From: Bordetella parapertussis | Lineage (GTDB): Bacteria; Pseudomonadota; Gammaproteobacteria; Burkholderiales; Thiobacillaceae | Direction: 5' to 3' | Assembly (NCBI GenBank): GCA_945890495.1 | Contig: CAMDCO010000004.1 | Coordinates: 16,833-80,832, forward strand | DNA: 64,000 nt | Part shown: positions 19,011 to 29,854 of the stretch, one piece after another | Numbering within the stretch: position 1 is the first letter of the stretch | Layout of the letters: each line of letters starts with the position of its first letter | The notes under the pieces: generated by a model | Told to the model about the DNA's origin: nothing | Seen by the model: the letters and a program-made list of their open reading frames with translations, nothing else | The model's database searches: none | Translations under genes and position numbers: made by a program

Positions 19011-20372
19011 ATGAAGTGGCCACGTACTTTGTTTTGTCGTACCACCCTTGTAATCGCCACCGTGTCGGTGGCGTTTCAATTATTTGTCATTGGGGCTATT
19101 GCCTACTTTGCCTTGGTGCCACTAGGCAAGAGTGCTGCCGATGAGCTGGCCGCTCGGTTGGTGGATATAGCTCAGGTGTGGGGGGGGTTGTCTAACTCAG
19201 AACAGCAATATTATTCGGCACACGCTCTGCACACCTATGATGTGCAGGTCGGAACAGCGAACTTCGACTTGTCCACATACTCAAAGTATCTTCCTTATTA
19301 TTATTTTGTCCAGGAGGCCATTAGTCGCCGTACTGGTCAAGATATTGAGTTGGGAATGAAACCGGGGCGAGATGGGAATTCATGGCTTTGGGCCGATATA
19401 AATACACCGCAGGGCATTGTTCGGGTAGGGTTTTCCAGTGAGCGTAGCGGTGTATTTCCTCCTGGTGCTTTAGCTCTTATTTTAATCGTGGGTGCGGCCG
19501 CTACCGTGATTACATCCGCATTTCTTGCTCGACGTCTCACTGCACCGCTACGCCAACTTGCCACAGCAGCTCGTAAAATGGGGGAGGGTGAACGCCCGGC
19601 CCCCTTGCCTATAGGTGGCTTGGAGGAGTTTGATACCTGCGTCAATTCCTTTAACCGCATGGTCAGCCAAGTGCAGGAACTGTTAGCTAGTCGAACCACT
19701 TTACTCGCTGGTATTTCTCACGATTTACGCACTCCATTGACGCGGATGCGTTTGGCTTTGGGGATGCTCTCTGAGGGACATGACCCCGATTTGGCCAATC
19801 AGCTTATGCTAGATATCGATGCCATGAATGATTTAATCGGTCGATGTTTGGAGTTGGGGAAGGGGTTTGATGAACCAATAGATGACGTGGATCCTGTAGA
19901 ACTGTTAAAGGAAGTTATTGAGGCTGCCAGAAGGGCGGGAAACGAAGTGATATTTCTTGCACCTTTGCCTATCCGGATGCGTATCCGTTCGCTGGCTTTT
20001 CGGCGAGTGGCAAGTAATTTACTGGACAATGCATTCCGCTACGGCGGGAGCGAAGCTCCCGTGGTTGAATTCGATACCGGATGCTTGGAAATCCGGATCT
20101 CTGATCGTGGACCAGGCATACCAGAGGCTGATCGGGAGGCCGTGTTTCGACCATTCCATCGCTTGGAACCCTCGCGATCGACTCGCACGGGAGGGAGTGG
20201 CTTAGGGCTCGCCATTGTGCAGCAACTGGTTCGGGCGAATGGTTGGAGAGTATGGCTTGATGCACGCCTAGGTGGCGGTACTGTGGTCCATTTGAAATTA
20301 ACGCAAAGAGAAGATGGAACTGATTCCATCTGTGTGACCGAAATGATTTCCCCTACCAAAGGGTTTGATTAA
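19011..20372 (+). CDS. EnvZ-like sensor histidine kinase
   Basis: Two TM segments around a periplasmic domain of about 130 aa. HAMP domain, H-box SHDLRTPLT, ATPase boxes DRGPGIP and GSGLGLAIV. Confidence 0.9.
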   Translation: MKWPRTLFCRTTLVIATVSVAFQLFVIGAIAYFALVPLGKSAADELAARLVDIAQVWGGLSNSEQQYYSAHALHTYDVQVGTANFDLSTYSKYLPYYYFVQEAISRRTGQDIELGMKPGRDGNSWLWADINTPQGIVRVGFSSERSGVFPPGALALILIVGAAATVITSAFLARRLTAPLRQLATAARKMGEGERPAPLPIGGLEEFDTCVNSFNRMVSQVQELLASRTTLLAGISHDLRTPLTRMRLALGMLSEGHDPDLANQLMLDIDAMNDLIGRCLELGKGFDEPIDDVDPVELLKEVIEAARRAGNEVIFLAPLPIRMRIRSLAFRRVASNLLDNAFRYGGSEAPVVEFDTGCLEIRISDRGPGIPEADREAVFRPFHRLEPSRSTRTGGSGLGLAIVQQLVRANGWRVWLDARLGGGTVVHLKLTQREDGTDSICVTEMISPTKGFD

Positions 20373-20402
20373 CGTAGGCCAAGGGATGAAATTTTTTTGC
20401 GT

Positions 20403-20981
20403 CTATGGGGGAGACACAATGAGTCCCTTGACTGGCGCGAAGCTCTGCCGGTGTTCCGGGCAAGGACCATGGGTGCGCAAGGCGGCGAGGTGGCCCGGGG
20501 TCGGGTAGCCCGCGTGTTGCTCGAAGCCGTAGTGCGGATAACGCTCGGCCAGTTCGTGCATCAGCGCGTCGCGCGCTGTCTTGGCGAGGATAGAGGCCGC
20601 TGAGATGCACGGCTCCAGCGCGTCACCTTTGACAATAGCGCGGGCGGGGATGGCGAGTTTAGGCGTCTTGTTTCCATCAATCAGCGCCATTTCTGCGCTG
20701 AGTTGTAATCCTTCGACCGCACGCTGCATGGCCAGCAGGGTCGCCTGCAGGATGTTGATCTGGTCGATCTCCTCGCGGCTGGCCCAGGCCACCGACCACG
20801 CCAGCGCCTTTTCCTGAATCTCACTCGCCAAGCGCACCCGGTTCGCCGCCGATAGCTTTTTGGAGTCCTTCAGCCCGTCGATGGGTCGAGCCGGATCGAG
20901 GATGACCGCCGCCGCGCACACCGGCCCTGCCAGTGGCCCGCGTCCGGCCTCGTCCACACCACAGGTCAGCAGGATGGTCAC
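20403..20981 (-). CDS. rnhB: Ribonuclease HII
   Basis: Motif [14 protein letters not shown]. 192 aa. Follows lpxB as in many proteobacteria. Confidence 0.95.
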   Translation of the reverse strand: MTILLTCGVDEAGRGPLAGPVCAAAVILDPARPIDGLKDSKKLSAANRVRLASEIQEKALAWSVAWASREEIDQINILQATLLAMQRAVEGLQLSAEMALIDGNKTPKLAIPARAIVKGDALEPCISAASILAKTARDALMHELAERYPHYGFEQHAGYPTPGHLAALRTHGPCPEHRQSFAPVKGLIVSPP

Positions 20982-22156
20982 TTGACGAAAGGTTGCAAGG
21001 CCTGGGCAATCAACTGCGGGGTATCGCGGGTGAGTTGTTCGCGTGTTTCGGCGAAGGCGCTGCGTTGTGCCTCGGCGGCGGTGGGGTCGTTTAAGAGGGT
21101 GGCGAGGGCTTCGGCCAGTCTTTTCGGTTCGGCGTCTTCTTGCAGGAATTCGGGGACCAGATCACGGTTAGCGAGGAAGTTGGGCAGGCCGACGCGCGGT
21201 TTCTGCCCGCGCTTGAGTTGGGCCTTGCGGCGCATGATCCAGGCGGTGAGTTTGGGGACTTTGTAGGTGATGAGGTGTGGGCAGCCCAGGATCAGCGCTT
21301 CCAGGGTGGCGGTGCCGGAGGCGATGAGGGCGCAGTCGGCGGCCTCCAGGGCGTCGTGGGCGTGGCCGTACACGATGCGGATGGGTAAGCCCCAGGCATC
21401 GTGCCGGCTCATGGCCGCCTCAAACAGGGCAAGGGTCTCGCGAGTGACGAGCGGAACCAGGAACTGCACGGTGGGCTGGTTGGCGTAGATCTGTTTGGCG
21501 GTGAGCACGAACAGGTCGGCCAAGGCCTTGAGTTCGCTGACCCGGCTGCCGGGCATGAGGACAACTTGTTTTTGCTGGGCGTCGAGTTTAAGGCGCAACC
21601 GTGCGGCCTTTTCGTTGCGCCGTGGCAAGTGGTGCGCGAAGGGGTGGCCGACATAGGTGGCGGGGAGGCCGGCGGCAGCGTAAAGCGCCTGTTCCATCGG
21701 GAAGATGAGCAGGGTGTGATCGGCTGCCAGGGCCATCTTCTTCAGCCGGTTCGCACGCCAGGCCCAGACCGAGGGGCTGACAAAATGCACGGTGGGGATG
21801 CCAGCCTTTTTGAGCCTGCGTTCGACGCCAAGGTTGAAGTCGGGCGCGTCGATACCGATGAAGAGATCGGGTTTGTCGTTCAGGCAATGGTGGATGAGTT
21901 TTTTGCGGATGCGCAAAATACGCGGCAGGGCAGACAGCGCCTCGACATAGCCGCGTACCGACAAGGCCTCCATGGGAAACAGGCTGACAGCGCCGGCGGC
22001 CTGCATCTTGGGGCCGGCGATACCGTAGAAATGAAACTCCCTCCCCCCTGGTGGGGGAGGGCTGGGGAGAGGGGTATAGGCGTTCTTGAGGGCGTTAATC
22101 AACATCGCGCCTAACAAATCGCCGGACGCTTCGCCGGCGACGATGCAGATTCTCAC
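20978..22156 (-). CDS. lpxB: Lipid-A-disaccharide synthase
   Basis: N-terminus [16 protein letters not shown]. 392 aa. Located in the lpxD-fabZ-lpxA-lpxB cluster. Confidence 0.95.
   Translation of the reverse strand: MRICIVAGEASGDLLGAMLINALKNAYTPLPSPPPPGGREFHFYGIAGPKMQAAGAVSLFPMEALSVRGYVEALSALPRILRIRKKLIHHCLNDKPDLFIGIDAPDFNLGVERRLKKAGIPTVHFVSPSVWAWRANRLKKMALAADHTLLIFPMEQALYAAAGLPATYVGHPFAHHLPRRNEKAARLRLKLDAQQKQVVLMPGSRVSELKALADLFVLTAKQIYANQPTVQFLVPLVTRETLALFEAAMSRHDAWGLPIRIVYGHAHDALEAADCALIASGTATLEALILGCPHLITYKVPKLTAWIMRRKAQLKRGQKPRVGLPNFLANRDLVPEFLQEDAEPKRLAEALATLLNDPTAAEAQRSAFAETREQLTRDTPQLIAQALQPFVK
22037..22074 (-). repeat. Family-A-like palindromic element inserted in frame in lpxB
   Basis: The minus strand reads CCCCTCTCCCCAGCCCTCCCCCACCAGGGGGGAGGGAG, translated as [13 protein letters not shown]. 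It lies between the conserved ...LINALKNA and FYGIAGP segments. Confidence 0.75.
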
Positions 22157-22923
22157 CGCAGAATGCCCCGTTCTGACTGGCTGATAAAGGCCAGGAAGGG
22201 CGCGAGTTCCGGATGAGCCTCTACCTCGGCCGCAATCTGGGCCTGTGCCTCAATCAGCGGTAGGCCCTTGCGATACACCGTTTTGTAGGCGCGCTTGAGG
22301 GCGGCGATGGCCTCTGCGGAGAAGCCGCGCCGTTTCAGACCTTCGCTATTAATGCCATAGGGTGCGGCAGGGTTGCCGGCGACGGTGAGGTAGGGCGGGA
22401 CATCTTGGCGAATCACCGAGGAGATGCCGAGGATGACATGCGCGCCGATATGGCAGAACTGGTGGATGCCGACAAAGCCGCCGAGGATGGCGTAGTCATC
22501 GACCGTGACATGGCCGGCCAGGGTGGCGTTGTTGGCCATGATGGTGTGGTTGCCGATCTGACAGTCGTGAGCGACATGCACATAGGCCATGATCCAGTTG
22601 TCGTGGCCCATGCGGGTGACGCCGCCATCTTGCACCGTGCCGGTGTTGAAGGTGCAGTATTCGCGGATCGTATTGCGGTCGCCAATCTCTAATCGGGTGG
22701 GTTCGCCAGCGTATTTTTTGTCCTGCGGCTCACCGCCGATGGCGTTAAAGCTGTAGAGGCGATTGCCTTTGCCGAGGCGGGTATGGCCTTCAATGACGCA
22801 ATGATGGCCGATCTCGCAATCGTCGCCGATCTCAACGAACGGGCCGATGAGGCTGTAGGCGCCGATGCGCACATTTGCGCCGATGCGCGCGGCGGGATCG
22901 ATGAGGGCGGTGGGGTGAATCAT
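22153..22923 (-). CDS. lpxA: Acyl-ACP--UDP-N-acetylglucosamine O-acyltransferase
   Basis: 256 aa with hexapeptide repeats. N-terminus MIHPTALIDP. Confidence 0.95.
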   Translation of the reverse strand: MIHPTALIDPAARIGANVRIGAYSLIGPFVEIGDDCEIGHHCVIEGHTRLGKGNRLYSFNAIGGEPQDKKYAGEPTRLEIGDRNTIREYCTFNTGTVQDGGVTRMGHDNWIMAYVHVAHDCQIGNHTIMANNATLAGHVTVDDYAILGGFVGIHQFCHIGAHVILGISSVIRQDVPPYLTVAGNPAAPYGINSEGLKRRGFSAEAIAALKRAYKTVYRKGLPLIEAQAQIAAEVEAHPELAPFLAFISQSERGILR

Positions 22924-22938
22924 CGCGTCGCTTAAACC

Positions 22939-23376
22939 TTAATCGAGTTTTTTAAGGGTACACATCAACTCGGCCTCGGTGGCGAGCTGGCCATCGACGG
23001 TGGCCTTGGCGGCAAACTTCCAGATGCCGCGCTTGTGGGCCAGGATGGTCGCTTCGATCGTCAGGCGGTCGCCGGGCACCACCGGGCGCTTGAAGCGGGC
23101 ACCGTCGATGCCGACAAAATAGATCACGGTGTTTTCGTCCGCCTCATCGTTGGAGGACTGAAACGCCAAAAGGCCTGCGGCCTGGGCCATCGCTTCAATG
23201 ATCAGCACGCCGGGCATGATCGGGTGTTGCGGAAAGTGACCGGTAAATTGCGGCTCGTTCATGGTCACATTCTTGATGGCGACGATGCGCTCGCCGGGCA
23301 CCAGTTCTTCAACCCGATCGACCAACAGGAAGGGGTAACGGTGCGGCAGGTGGCGCATGATTTCGGTGATATTCAT
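22939..23376 (-). CDS. fabZ: 3-hydroxyacyl-ACP dehydratase
   Basis: Motifs [13 protein letters not shown] and FTGHFP. 145 aa. Confidence 0.95.
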   Translation of the reverse strand: MNITEIMRHLPHRYPFLLVDRVEELVPGERIVAIKNVTMNEPQFTGHFPQHPIMPGVLIIEAMAQAAGLLAFQSSNDEADENTVIYFVGIDGARFKRPVVPGDRLTIEATILAHKRGIWKFAAKATVDGQLATEAELMCTLKKLD

Positions 23377-24416
23377 GTTGATGCTCCGGTTTCTATGTTG
23401 AATTTAGCCAATTGTTTCTCAAGTGTTTTGATGCGCTCGTGCATCGCCTGCAGGTGGCGCAGATGGGCGGCGTTTTTAATCCAGTCGGCGTGTGGCTGTT
23501 GCGGCATCACCGAGGTGTAGGCCCCGGGTTTGGGCAAGGATTTGGCGATGAAGGTGCCGGCCGAGACCATGACATCGTCGCCCATCTCCAGATGTCCGAT
23601 GATCATCGCCGCGCCACCGATCTGGCAGCGCTGGCCGATATGGGTGCTGCCGGCAATGCCCACACAGGCGGCCATCGCCGTGTCGTTTCCGATCTGGCAG
23701 TTGTGAGCGATATGGATGAGGTTGTCGAGTTTGACGCCGTGGCCGATGACGGTGTCTTCCAGTGCGCCCCGGTCGATGCAGGTATTGGCGCCGATCTCGC
23801 AATCGTCGCCGACGAGGACCCGGCCGATCTGCGGAATCTTGACCCAGAGGCCATTTTCAAGCGCATTGCCAAAGCCGTCCGAGCCCAACACGCCGCCGCT
23901 GTGCAGGATGCAGCGCGCCCCGAGGCGGGTTTGGGCGTAAAGCGTGACGCGTGGGAAAAGGCGGCAATCTGCGCCGATGACGCAGCCCGCGCCGATTTCG
24001 CAGCCCGCGCCAATACGGGTGTTGGCACCAATCACAGCGCTCGCGCCAATGCTGACAAAGGGGCCAATCTCGCAGCCGGGGCCGATCTGCGCTGTGGCGT
24101 CGATCACGGCGCTGGGGTGAATACCCGGTTGCAATGCAGGTTCGGGGTGGAAGAGGGCGGTGATGCGGGCGAAGGTGGCCAGCGGATTGTCGGTGATCAG
24201 ACAAGGGCGATCGGCTTGCTCGGCGAGCCCTCTGGGCAACACCAGAGCCCCGGCGCGGCTGGTTTGAACACGCGCACTGTGCTTGGCTGAGGCGACAAAA
24301 CTGATGTGCTCGGGCGTGGCCGTATCCAGTCCGGCGACCCCTTGCAGCGCAAGATCACCTCGAACCTCTAGACCGCCCAGTTGAGCAGCGATCTCAGTCA
24401 GCGTCAGCCTGGTCAT
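23373..24416 (-). CDS. lpxD: UDP-3-O-acylglucosamine N-acyltransferase
   Basis: 347 aa with hexapeptide repeats. Has a 4-nt overlap with fabZ. Confidence 0.95.
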   Translation of the reverse strand: MTRLTLTEIAAQLGGLEVRGDLALQGVAGLDTATPEHISFVASAKHSARVQTSRAGALVLPRGLAEQADRPCLITDNPLATFARITALFHPEPALQPGIHPSAVIDATAQIGPGCEIGPFVSIGASAVIGANTRIGAGCEIGAGCVIGADCRLFPRVTLYAQTRLGARCILHSGGVLGSDGFGNALENGLWVKIPQIGRVLVGDDCEIGANTCIDRGALEDTVIGHGVKLDNLIHIAHNCQIGNDTAMAACVGIAGSTHIGQRCQIGGAAMIIGHLEMGDDVMVSAGTFIAKSLPKPGAYTSVMPQQPHADWIKNAAHLRHLQAMHERIKTLEKQLAKFNIETGAST

Positions 24417-24445
24417 GCGAATAGGCGCTGCTTGTCAGGCGATCG

Positions 24446-24949
24446 TCAGCGATCCAAGACCTTGATAACACGCGGAGTGATGTCCACCCGGGGGCTGGCG
24501 TAGACCGCATTCTCCACGATGAGATCGAATTTTTCCTTCTCGGCGATCTCGAGGATGATCTTGCGTGCGCGTTCCTGGAAGGCGCCAAGTTCTTCGCTGC
24601 GGCGCTGGCCAAGGTCTTCGCGGAAGCTGCGTTTTTCGTTCTCGATCTCACGAGAGAGGGCGGCCAGATCGCGTTGGCGTTTGCTGCGCTCGGTCTCGGA
24701 CAGGGTCAGGCTATCTTTCTCAAGGGTCTGCTGTTGTTCGCGAATCTGTTTGATCTTGCGCTGGATTTCTTGCTCGCGTGCGGCGAATTCCTTTTCTAGT
24801 TTCTTCGCGGCCCGTTGCGCTGAGGCCGATTCACGCAGGACATGCTCGGTGTTTACGAAACCAATGTGCATTTCGGCCGCCGAGGCGGAGCTGCCGACAA
24901 AGGGGCCTATGAAGAGGCCCAGCATTACGGTAACCAGTTGTTTTTTCAT
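24446..24949 (-). CDS. skp: Periplasmic chaperone Skp (OmpH)
   Basis: 167 aa. Signal peptide, then a K/E/Q-rich coiled region. Lies between bamA and lpxD. Confidence 0.9.
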   Translation of the reverse strand: MKKQLVTVMLGLFIGPFVGSSASAAEMHIGFVNTEHVLRESASAQRAAKKLEKEFAAREQEIQRKIKQIREQQQTLEKDSLTLSETERSKRQRDLAALSREIENEKRSFREDLGQRRSEELGAFQERARKIILEIAEKEKFDLIVENAVYASPRVDITPRVIKVLDR

Positions 24950-24981
24950 AATATCTCCTCTCGATGGTGTTTGTTGTTGGG

Positions 24982-27321
24982 TTAGAAGGCCGTGCCCATT
25001 TGGAACTGGAAGGACTGGAGCTTGTCATCTGTCAGTTTCTTGAGCGGTTTGGCAATACTCAGCTTGATCGGCCCCATCGGTGACATCCAGGTAACGGCGA
25101 GGCCGGTGGAGGCCCGCAGGTCCGCCAAGGAATAGGTGTTGGCATAGGCCGCACCGACATCGACAAAGGCCGAGAGTTTCAACTGCTTGTCCTGACCCGA
25201 TCCTGGGAAGGGGAAGATGGCCTCGGCGTTACCAATCAACTGCTTGTTACCCCCCAAGGAAACCACATTGCCGCTGCTATCAGTGGTCTTGGGGCCCAAC
25301 GAACCGTTTTCAAAGCCACGCACCGAGCCGATCCCGCCGACATAAAAGTTGCGCCAGAACGGCAACTCACTGCCACCAAGGCCGCCGCCATAACCCACCT
25401 GGCCGTTCAAGAGCAGGGTGGAGTTCGTCCAGGGCAGAGGTTTCAGCCACTGATGTTGATAATTGAGTTTGTAAAATTTGAGGTCGTCGCCCAAGCCCGG
25501 GGCGACCTCGCCATAGATACGCTGCAAGGAGCCCTTGGTCGGATGCATGACCGAGTCGCGCGTGTCATAGGCCCAGCCGAGATCGAAACGCAGCCAAGTG
25601 GCATCAAGCCCCGTCGCCGTGCCGCCGTTGCGGGTGGAAAAGTCCTGGTAATAGGCCACGGTGTTGCTGGTACTGATATTGAGCTTGCTGTTCTCCAGCG
25701 CCATGCCCAGGCTGAGCTGGTTGGTCTCCGAGGTCGGGATACCCAGACGCAGGCCTAGACCGGCCGTGTCCATGCTGTAAGGGGCAACGCTCGTGGTGCT
25801 GCTTGCATCGGTCAGGTCGGTCTTTTTCAGGAAGGCATCCCAACCCAGGCTGATGCCATCTGGGGTGAAATAGGGGTTGGTGTGGCTGAACACATAGGTG
25901 GTGTTGGTCTTGCTGGTGTTGATCTGCGCCGAGGCACGATTGCCGGTGCCAAACAGGTTGTTCTGGTTCAGGGAGCCGGTCAACACCAGGCCGTCAGAAC
26001 TGGAGAAACCGGCGCCAACCATCACCGAGCCGGTCGACTGCTCGGCCACATTGACATGGAGATCGACCTGATCCGTGGTGCCCGGGACCGGCGGGGTCTC
26101 GATGTTGACCTCTTTGAAGTAGCCCAGTCGCTCGATGCGCTCGCGGGAACGGGCAATCTTGCTGCCGTCGTACCACGCCCCTTCCATCTGGCGAATCTCG
26201 CGGCGGATGACCTTGTCTTGAGTGCGGTTGTTGCCGGCCACATTGATGCGGTTGACATAGACCTTGCGGCCCGGATCGATCATAAAGGTGAATGCGGCCA
26301 GGCGTTTTTCACGGTCCAACTCGGGGGCCGCGTTGACATTGGCGAAGGCATAGCCATCCTGACCCAGACGGTCGCCGATCTTCTTGATGGTCTCGTTGAG
26401 TCGTTCGCGCGAGAAGCTGTCCCCGGCCTTGAAGGCGACCAGCTTTTGCAGCTCGGCCTCGGGCACGGGCATCTCGCCGGCAAAGCCAAACTTGGAAATG
26501 GTGAACTTCTCGCCTTCCTTGATGTTGAGGGTGAGGTAGATGTCTTGTTTGTCCGGGGTGATCGAGACCTGAGAGGACTCAATCACGAACTCCAGATAGC
26601 CACGGTTGAGGTACCAAGAACGCAGGGTTTCGATATCGGCGGCCAGTTTTTGCTTGGCGTATTGGTCGTTCTTGGTGAACCAAGTCAACCAACCCGGCGT
26701 GCGCAACACAAACAGGTCGAGCAGGTCTTTTTCCTTGAAGGCCTTGGCGCCGACGATATTGATGGAGCGGATCTTGGCGACATCGCCTTCGCTGACATCA
26801 AAGCTGATCGCCATCCGGTTGCGTTCCAGCGGCGAGGTATTGGCCTTGACCTGCACGGCGTAGAGACCGCGGTTGTAATACTGGCGCTTCAACTCCTGCT
26901 CGGCACGATCAAGCAGCGATTTGTCGAGGATGCGGCCTTCGGCCAGCCCCAGATCCTTGAAAGCGCGGCGGATGTCATCCTTCTGGAATTCCTTCATGCC
27001 TGTGAATTCAACACTGGCGATGGCGGGGCGCTCTTCCAGCACCACCATCAGCAAGTCGCCCTGACGCTCCAGGCGCACATCCTTGAAAAAGCCCGTGGCA
27101 TAGAGGGCCTTGATGGCGGCGCTGGACTTATCGGCGGTCAGCGTCTCGCCCACCTTGACCGGCAGATAGGAGAACACCGTGCCGGCCTCCGTGCGCTGGA
27201 TGCCTTCCACACGGATGTCCTTGATCACGAAGTCGTCGTCGGCCTGCGCAACAGGGGCAGCAGAGGCAACGCTGACAAGAAGGGCGGTGGCCAGTAGGCT
27301 TAAGGTGTGAGGCGATTTCAT
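24982..27321 (-). CDS. bamA: Outer membrane protein assembly factor BamA
   Basis: 779 aa. POTRA repeats (FVIKDIRVEGIQRT...) and a C-terminal beta-barrel ending FQMGTAF. Confidence 0.95.
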   Translation of the reverse strand: MKSPHTLSLLATALLVSVASAAPVAQADDDFVIKDIRVEGIQRTEAGTVFSYLPVKVGETLTADKSSAAIKALYATGFFKDVRLERQGDLLMVVLEERPAIASVEFTGMKEFQKDDIRRAFKDLGLAEGRILDKSLLDRAEQELKRQYYNRGLYAVQVKANTSPLERNRMAISFDVSEGDVAKIRSINIVGAKAFKEKDLLDLFVLRTPGWLTWFTKNDQYAKQKLAADIETLRSWYLNRGYLEFVIESSQVSITPDKQDIYLTLNIKEGEKFTISKFGFAGEMPVPEAELQKLVAFKAGDSFSRERLNETIKKIGDRLGQDGYAFANVNAAPELDREKRLAAFTFMIDPGRKVYVNRINVAGNNRTQDKVIRREIRQMEGAWYDGSKIARSRERIERLGYFKEVNIETPPVPGTTDQVDLHVNVAEQSTGSVMVGAGFSSSDGLVLTGSLNQNNLFGTGNRASAQINTSKTNTTYVFSHTNPYFTPDGISLGWDAFLKKTDLTDASSTTSVAPYSMDTAGLGLRLGIPTSETNQLSLGMALENSKLNISTSNTVAYYQDFSTRNGGTATGLDATWLRFDLGWAYDTRDSVMHPTKGSLQRIYGEVAPGLGDDLKFYKLNYQHQWLKPLPWTNSTLLLNGQVGYGGGLGGSELPFWRNFYVGGIGSVRGFENGSLGPKTTDSSGNVVSLGGNKQLIGNAEAIFPFPGSGQDKQLKLSAFVDVGAAYANTYSLADLRASTGLAVTWMSPMGPIKLSIAKPLKKLTDDKLQSFQFQMGTAF

Positions 27322-28664
27322 GTCGTAATAAGGCGTGCGAGATCGTTATAAAGGGCAAAGGTCATCAGGGTCAGCAAGAGGGCCATTCCGACTCGCTGAG
27401 CCAATTCCTGAATACGGTCCGGGACGGGCTTCCCGCCGATCCATTCAAGGAGATAATACAGTAAATGGCCGCCATCCAGCATGGGGATGGGTAACAGATT
27501 GAGTACACCGAGACTGATGCTGATCAGCGCCAGAAAACCCACAAAGGGGATCCAGCCGGCCTGAGCCGATTGCCCGGCGTAGTCGGCGATACTGACCGGG
27601 CCAGACAGATTTTTCACTGAGACCTCACCGATCAGCATACGACCCATCATGCGCAGACTGAAGATCGACAAGTTCCAGGTGCGTTCGATGGCGTGGCCCA
27701 TGGCCTCCACCGGGCCGTCGCGATGCACGACGCGCATCCGTTCCATGATGACCGGATCTATCTGGGGGGCGGCACCGATGCGAGCCAGACGCTGGCCGTG
27801 TTCGCTGATGAACTGTGGTGTGACGCGCAGCGTCAGGGCCTGTCCGGCGCGCTCGATCGTAAGGATGAGATCATTCCCCTTGGTCTGGCGGATCCGTTGC
27901 ACCAGGGATTGCCAATCCGGAGTGGGCTCATCATCCACCGCCAGGACCCGATCCCCGGCTTGCAGACCGGCGATGGCTGCGGGGCCCTCGGCGATGACGG
28001 TACCGATGACCGGGGGCAGAGGGGGGTGGCCAGGGCTTAAACCCAGTGCCCGCAAGGGTTCACTGCCTTGAGTCGCCATTTGCAGGCTGTCGCTGGGCAA
28101 TACGGCCTCGCGCAGATGGCCCTGCGCATCCTCAATCTCCAGCCGGGCATCCGTTTGGCTGGAAGCCAACAAGCCTTCGGCCAGGGTCTGCCAATTGTCG
28201 ATGGGCGTCCCGTTGAGACCTAGAACCCAATCGCCTCCCTGCAGACCGGCGATGGCGGCCGGTGTCCCGCCAGGAGGGGTGGCCAGGATAGGGCGCAGGG
28301 TGCTGTAGCCGTGGAGGTTTAGCCCCCAGAGCAAGACAATGGCAAGAATGAAATTGGCAATAGGCCCGGCCGCGACAATGATGGCCCGTTTGCCGAGCGG
28401 TTGGCGGTTGAAGGCCTGATCCTTCTCGTTATCGGCTACCGGGGCCTCGCGTTCGTCCAAAAAGCGGACATAACCGCCCAAGGGGATCGCCGCCAAGGCC
28501 CATACGGTGCCATGACGGTCGGTGCGTTTCCACAGCGGACGGCCAAAACCGACTGAAAAATGCAGGACGCGCACGCCGGCCCAGCGCGCAGCGGCGTAAT
28601 GCCCAAGCTCATGGACGACGATGAGTATGCCGAGGGTGGCCAGAAAGGCGAGGAGGGTGGTCAT
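27318..28664 (-). CDS. rseP: Sigma-E regulated intramembrane zinc metalloprotease RseP
   Basis: HELGH zinc motif at the N-terminus, two PDZ-like segments (AAIAGLQGGD, AAIAGLQAGD), and an LDGG motif. Confidence 0.95.
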   Translation of the reverse strand: MTTLLAFLATLGILIVVHELGHYAAARWAGVRVLHFSVGFGRPLWKRTDRHGTVWALAAIPLGGYVRFLDEREAPVADNEKDQAFNRQPLGKRAIIVAAGPIANFILAIVLLWGLNLHGYSTLRPILATPPGGTPAAIAGLQGGDWVLGLNGTPIDNWQTLAEGLLASSQTDARLEIEDAQGHLREAVLPSDSLQMATQGSEPLRALGLSPGHPPLPPVIGTVIAEGPAAIAGLQAGDRVLAVDDEPTPDWQSLVQRIRQTKGNDLILTIERAGQALTLRVTPQFISEHGQRLARIGAAPQIDPVIMERMRVVHRDGPVEAMGHAIERTWNLSIFSLRMMGRMLIGEVSVKNLSGPVSIADYAGQSAQAGWIPFVGFLALISISLGVLNLLPIPMLDGGHLLYYLLEWIGGKPVPDRIQELAQRVGMALLLTLMTFALYNDLARLITT

Positions 28665-28674
28665 AACGCCGTGA

Positions 28675-29850
28675 TCATTGTGCGGCGATCAACTCGGCAG
28701 CGATGCGGCGGGCTTCCTGATCGGCGGCGAACAAGTCGTCCAGGCTGTCGGCCGGGCGCGGGCCGATCTTGTCCAACGTGGCGCGCAAGGTGGCGGCGAT
28801 GCCAAGATAAGGCAATCTGTGATCGAGGAAGGCGGCGACGGCCACCTCGTTCGCGGCGTTGAGGATGGCGGTGGCCGCGCCGCCCGCACGCAGGGCATCG
28901 AAGGCCAGCGACAGACAGGGGAAGCGCGCCGGATCGGGGTTCTCGAAGGTCAGCGTGCCGATCTTGGCCAGTTCCAGCCACGGCACGCCGCACTGAATGC
29001 GATCCGGGAAGGCGAGCGCATGGGCGATGGGGGTGCGCATGTCGGGGTTGGAGAGCTGGGCGATGACCGAGCCGTCCTGATATTCGACCATCGAATGGAT
29101 GATGCTCTGCGGGTGGATGACGACTTCGATCTCGTCGGGGGTGGCGTTGAACAACCAGCGCGCCTCGATGACCTCCAGGCCCTTGTTCATCATGGTCGCC
29201 GAATCGACCGAGATCTTCTTGCCCATCACCCAGTTGGGGTGAGCGACGGCCTCCTCAGGCGTCACAGAGGCAAGCGTCTCGACCGCGCGGTTGCGGAAGG
29301 GGCCGCCGGAAGCGGTCAGCAAGATGCGGCGAACGCCATGCGCCTTGAGATCGCCATCGTAGGCCTCCGGCATGGACTGGAAAATGGCGTTGTGTTCCGA
29401 GTCGATGGGCAACAGGGTTGCGCCGCCTTCACGCACCGCGTCCATAAAGAATGCACCGGCCATGACCAGGGTTTCTTTGTTGGCCAGCAGGATGCGCTTT
29501 CCGGCCCGGGCGGCGGCCAGTGCTGGACGCAAACCGGCCGCGCCGACGATGGCGGCCATGACGCTATCGACCTCGGGCGCGGCGGAGATGTGTTCCAAGG
29601 CCTCGATGCCGTAGAGCACCTCGGTTTGCGTGCCGGCCAACAGGGCCTGCAATTGGCTGGCCTTGTCGGCGGTTAGCACCACGGCATAACGCGGTTGGAA
29701 CTGGCGGCATTGCTCGGCCAGTTTGTCGATCTGATTCGCGCCGGAAAGGGCGAAGAGGCGGAAACGCTCGGGATGAAGGGCGACCACGGCCAGCGTGTTG
29801 ACGCCGATGGTGCCGGTGGCGCCCAGAATGGTAAGAGTTTGCGGGGTCAT
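28675..29850 (-). CDS. dxr: 1-deoxy-D-xylulose 5-phosphate reductoisomerase
   Basis: Start at [16 protein letters not shown]. The longer ORF extension (MGNHGGAL) comes from the upstream repeat element. Confidence 0.95.
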   Translation of the reverse strand: MTPQTLTILGATGTIGVNTLAVVALHPERFRLFALSGANQIDKLAEQCRQFQPRYAVVLTADKASQLQALLAGTQTEVLYGIEALEHISAAPEVDSVMAAIVGAAGLRPALAAARAGKRILLANKETLVMAGAFFMDAVREGGATLLPIDSEHNAIFQSMPEAYDGDLKAHGVRRILLTASGGPFRNRAVETLASVTPEEAVAHPNWVMGKKISVDSATMMNKGLEVIEARWLFNATPDEIEVVIHPQSIIHSMVEYQDGSVIAQLSNPDMRTPIAHALAFPDRIQCGVPWLELAKIGTLTFENPDPARFPCLSLAFDALRAGGAATAILNAANEVAVAAFLDHRLPYLGIAATLRATLDKIGPRPADSLDDLFAADQEARRIAAELIAAQ

Positions 29851-29854
29851 GAGA

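Noticed and set aside
20373-20402. T-run after the histidine kinase gene as an intrinsic terminator
   Set aside because: The run AAATTTTTTTGC has no convincing GC-rich stem in front of it.
16030-20402. Searched the edges of the low-GC block for flanking direct repeats, a tRNA or an integrase
   Set aside because: None were seen by eye. The horizontal-transfer inference rests on composition and gene content only, so no mobile-element feature is called.
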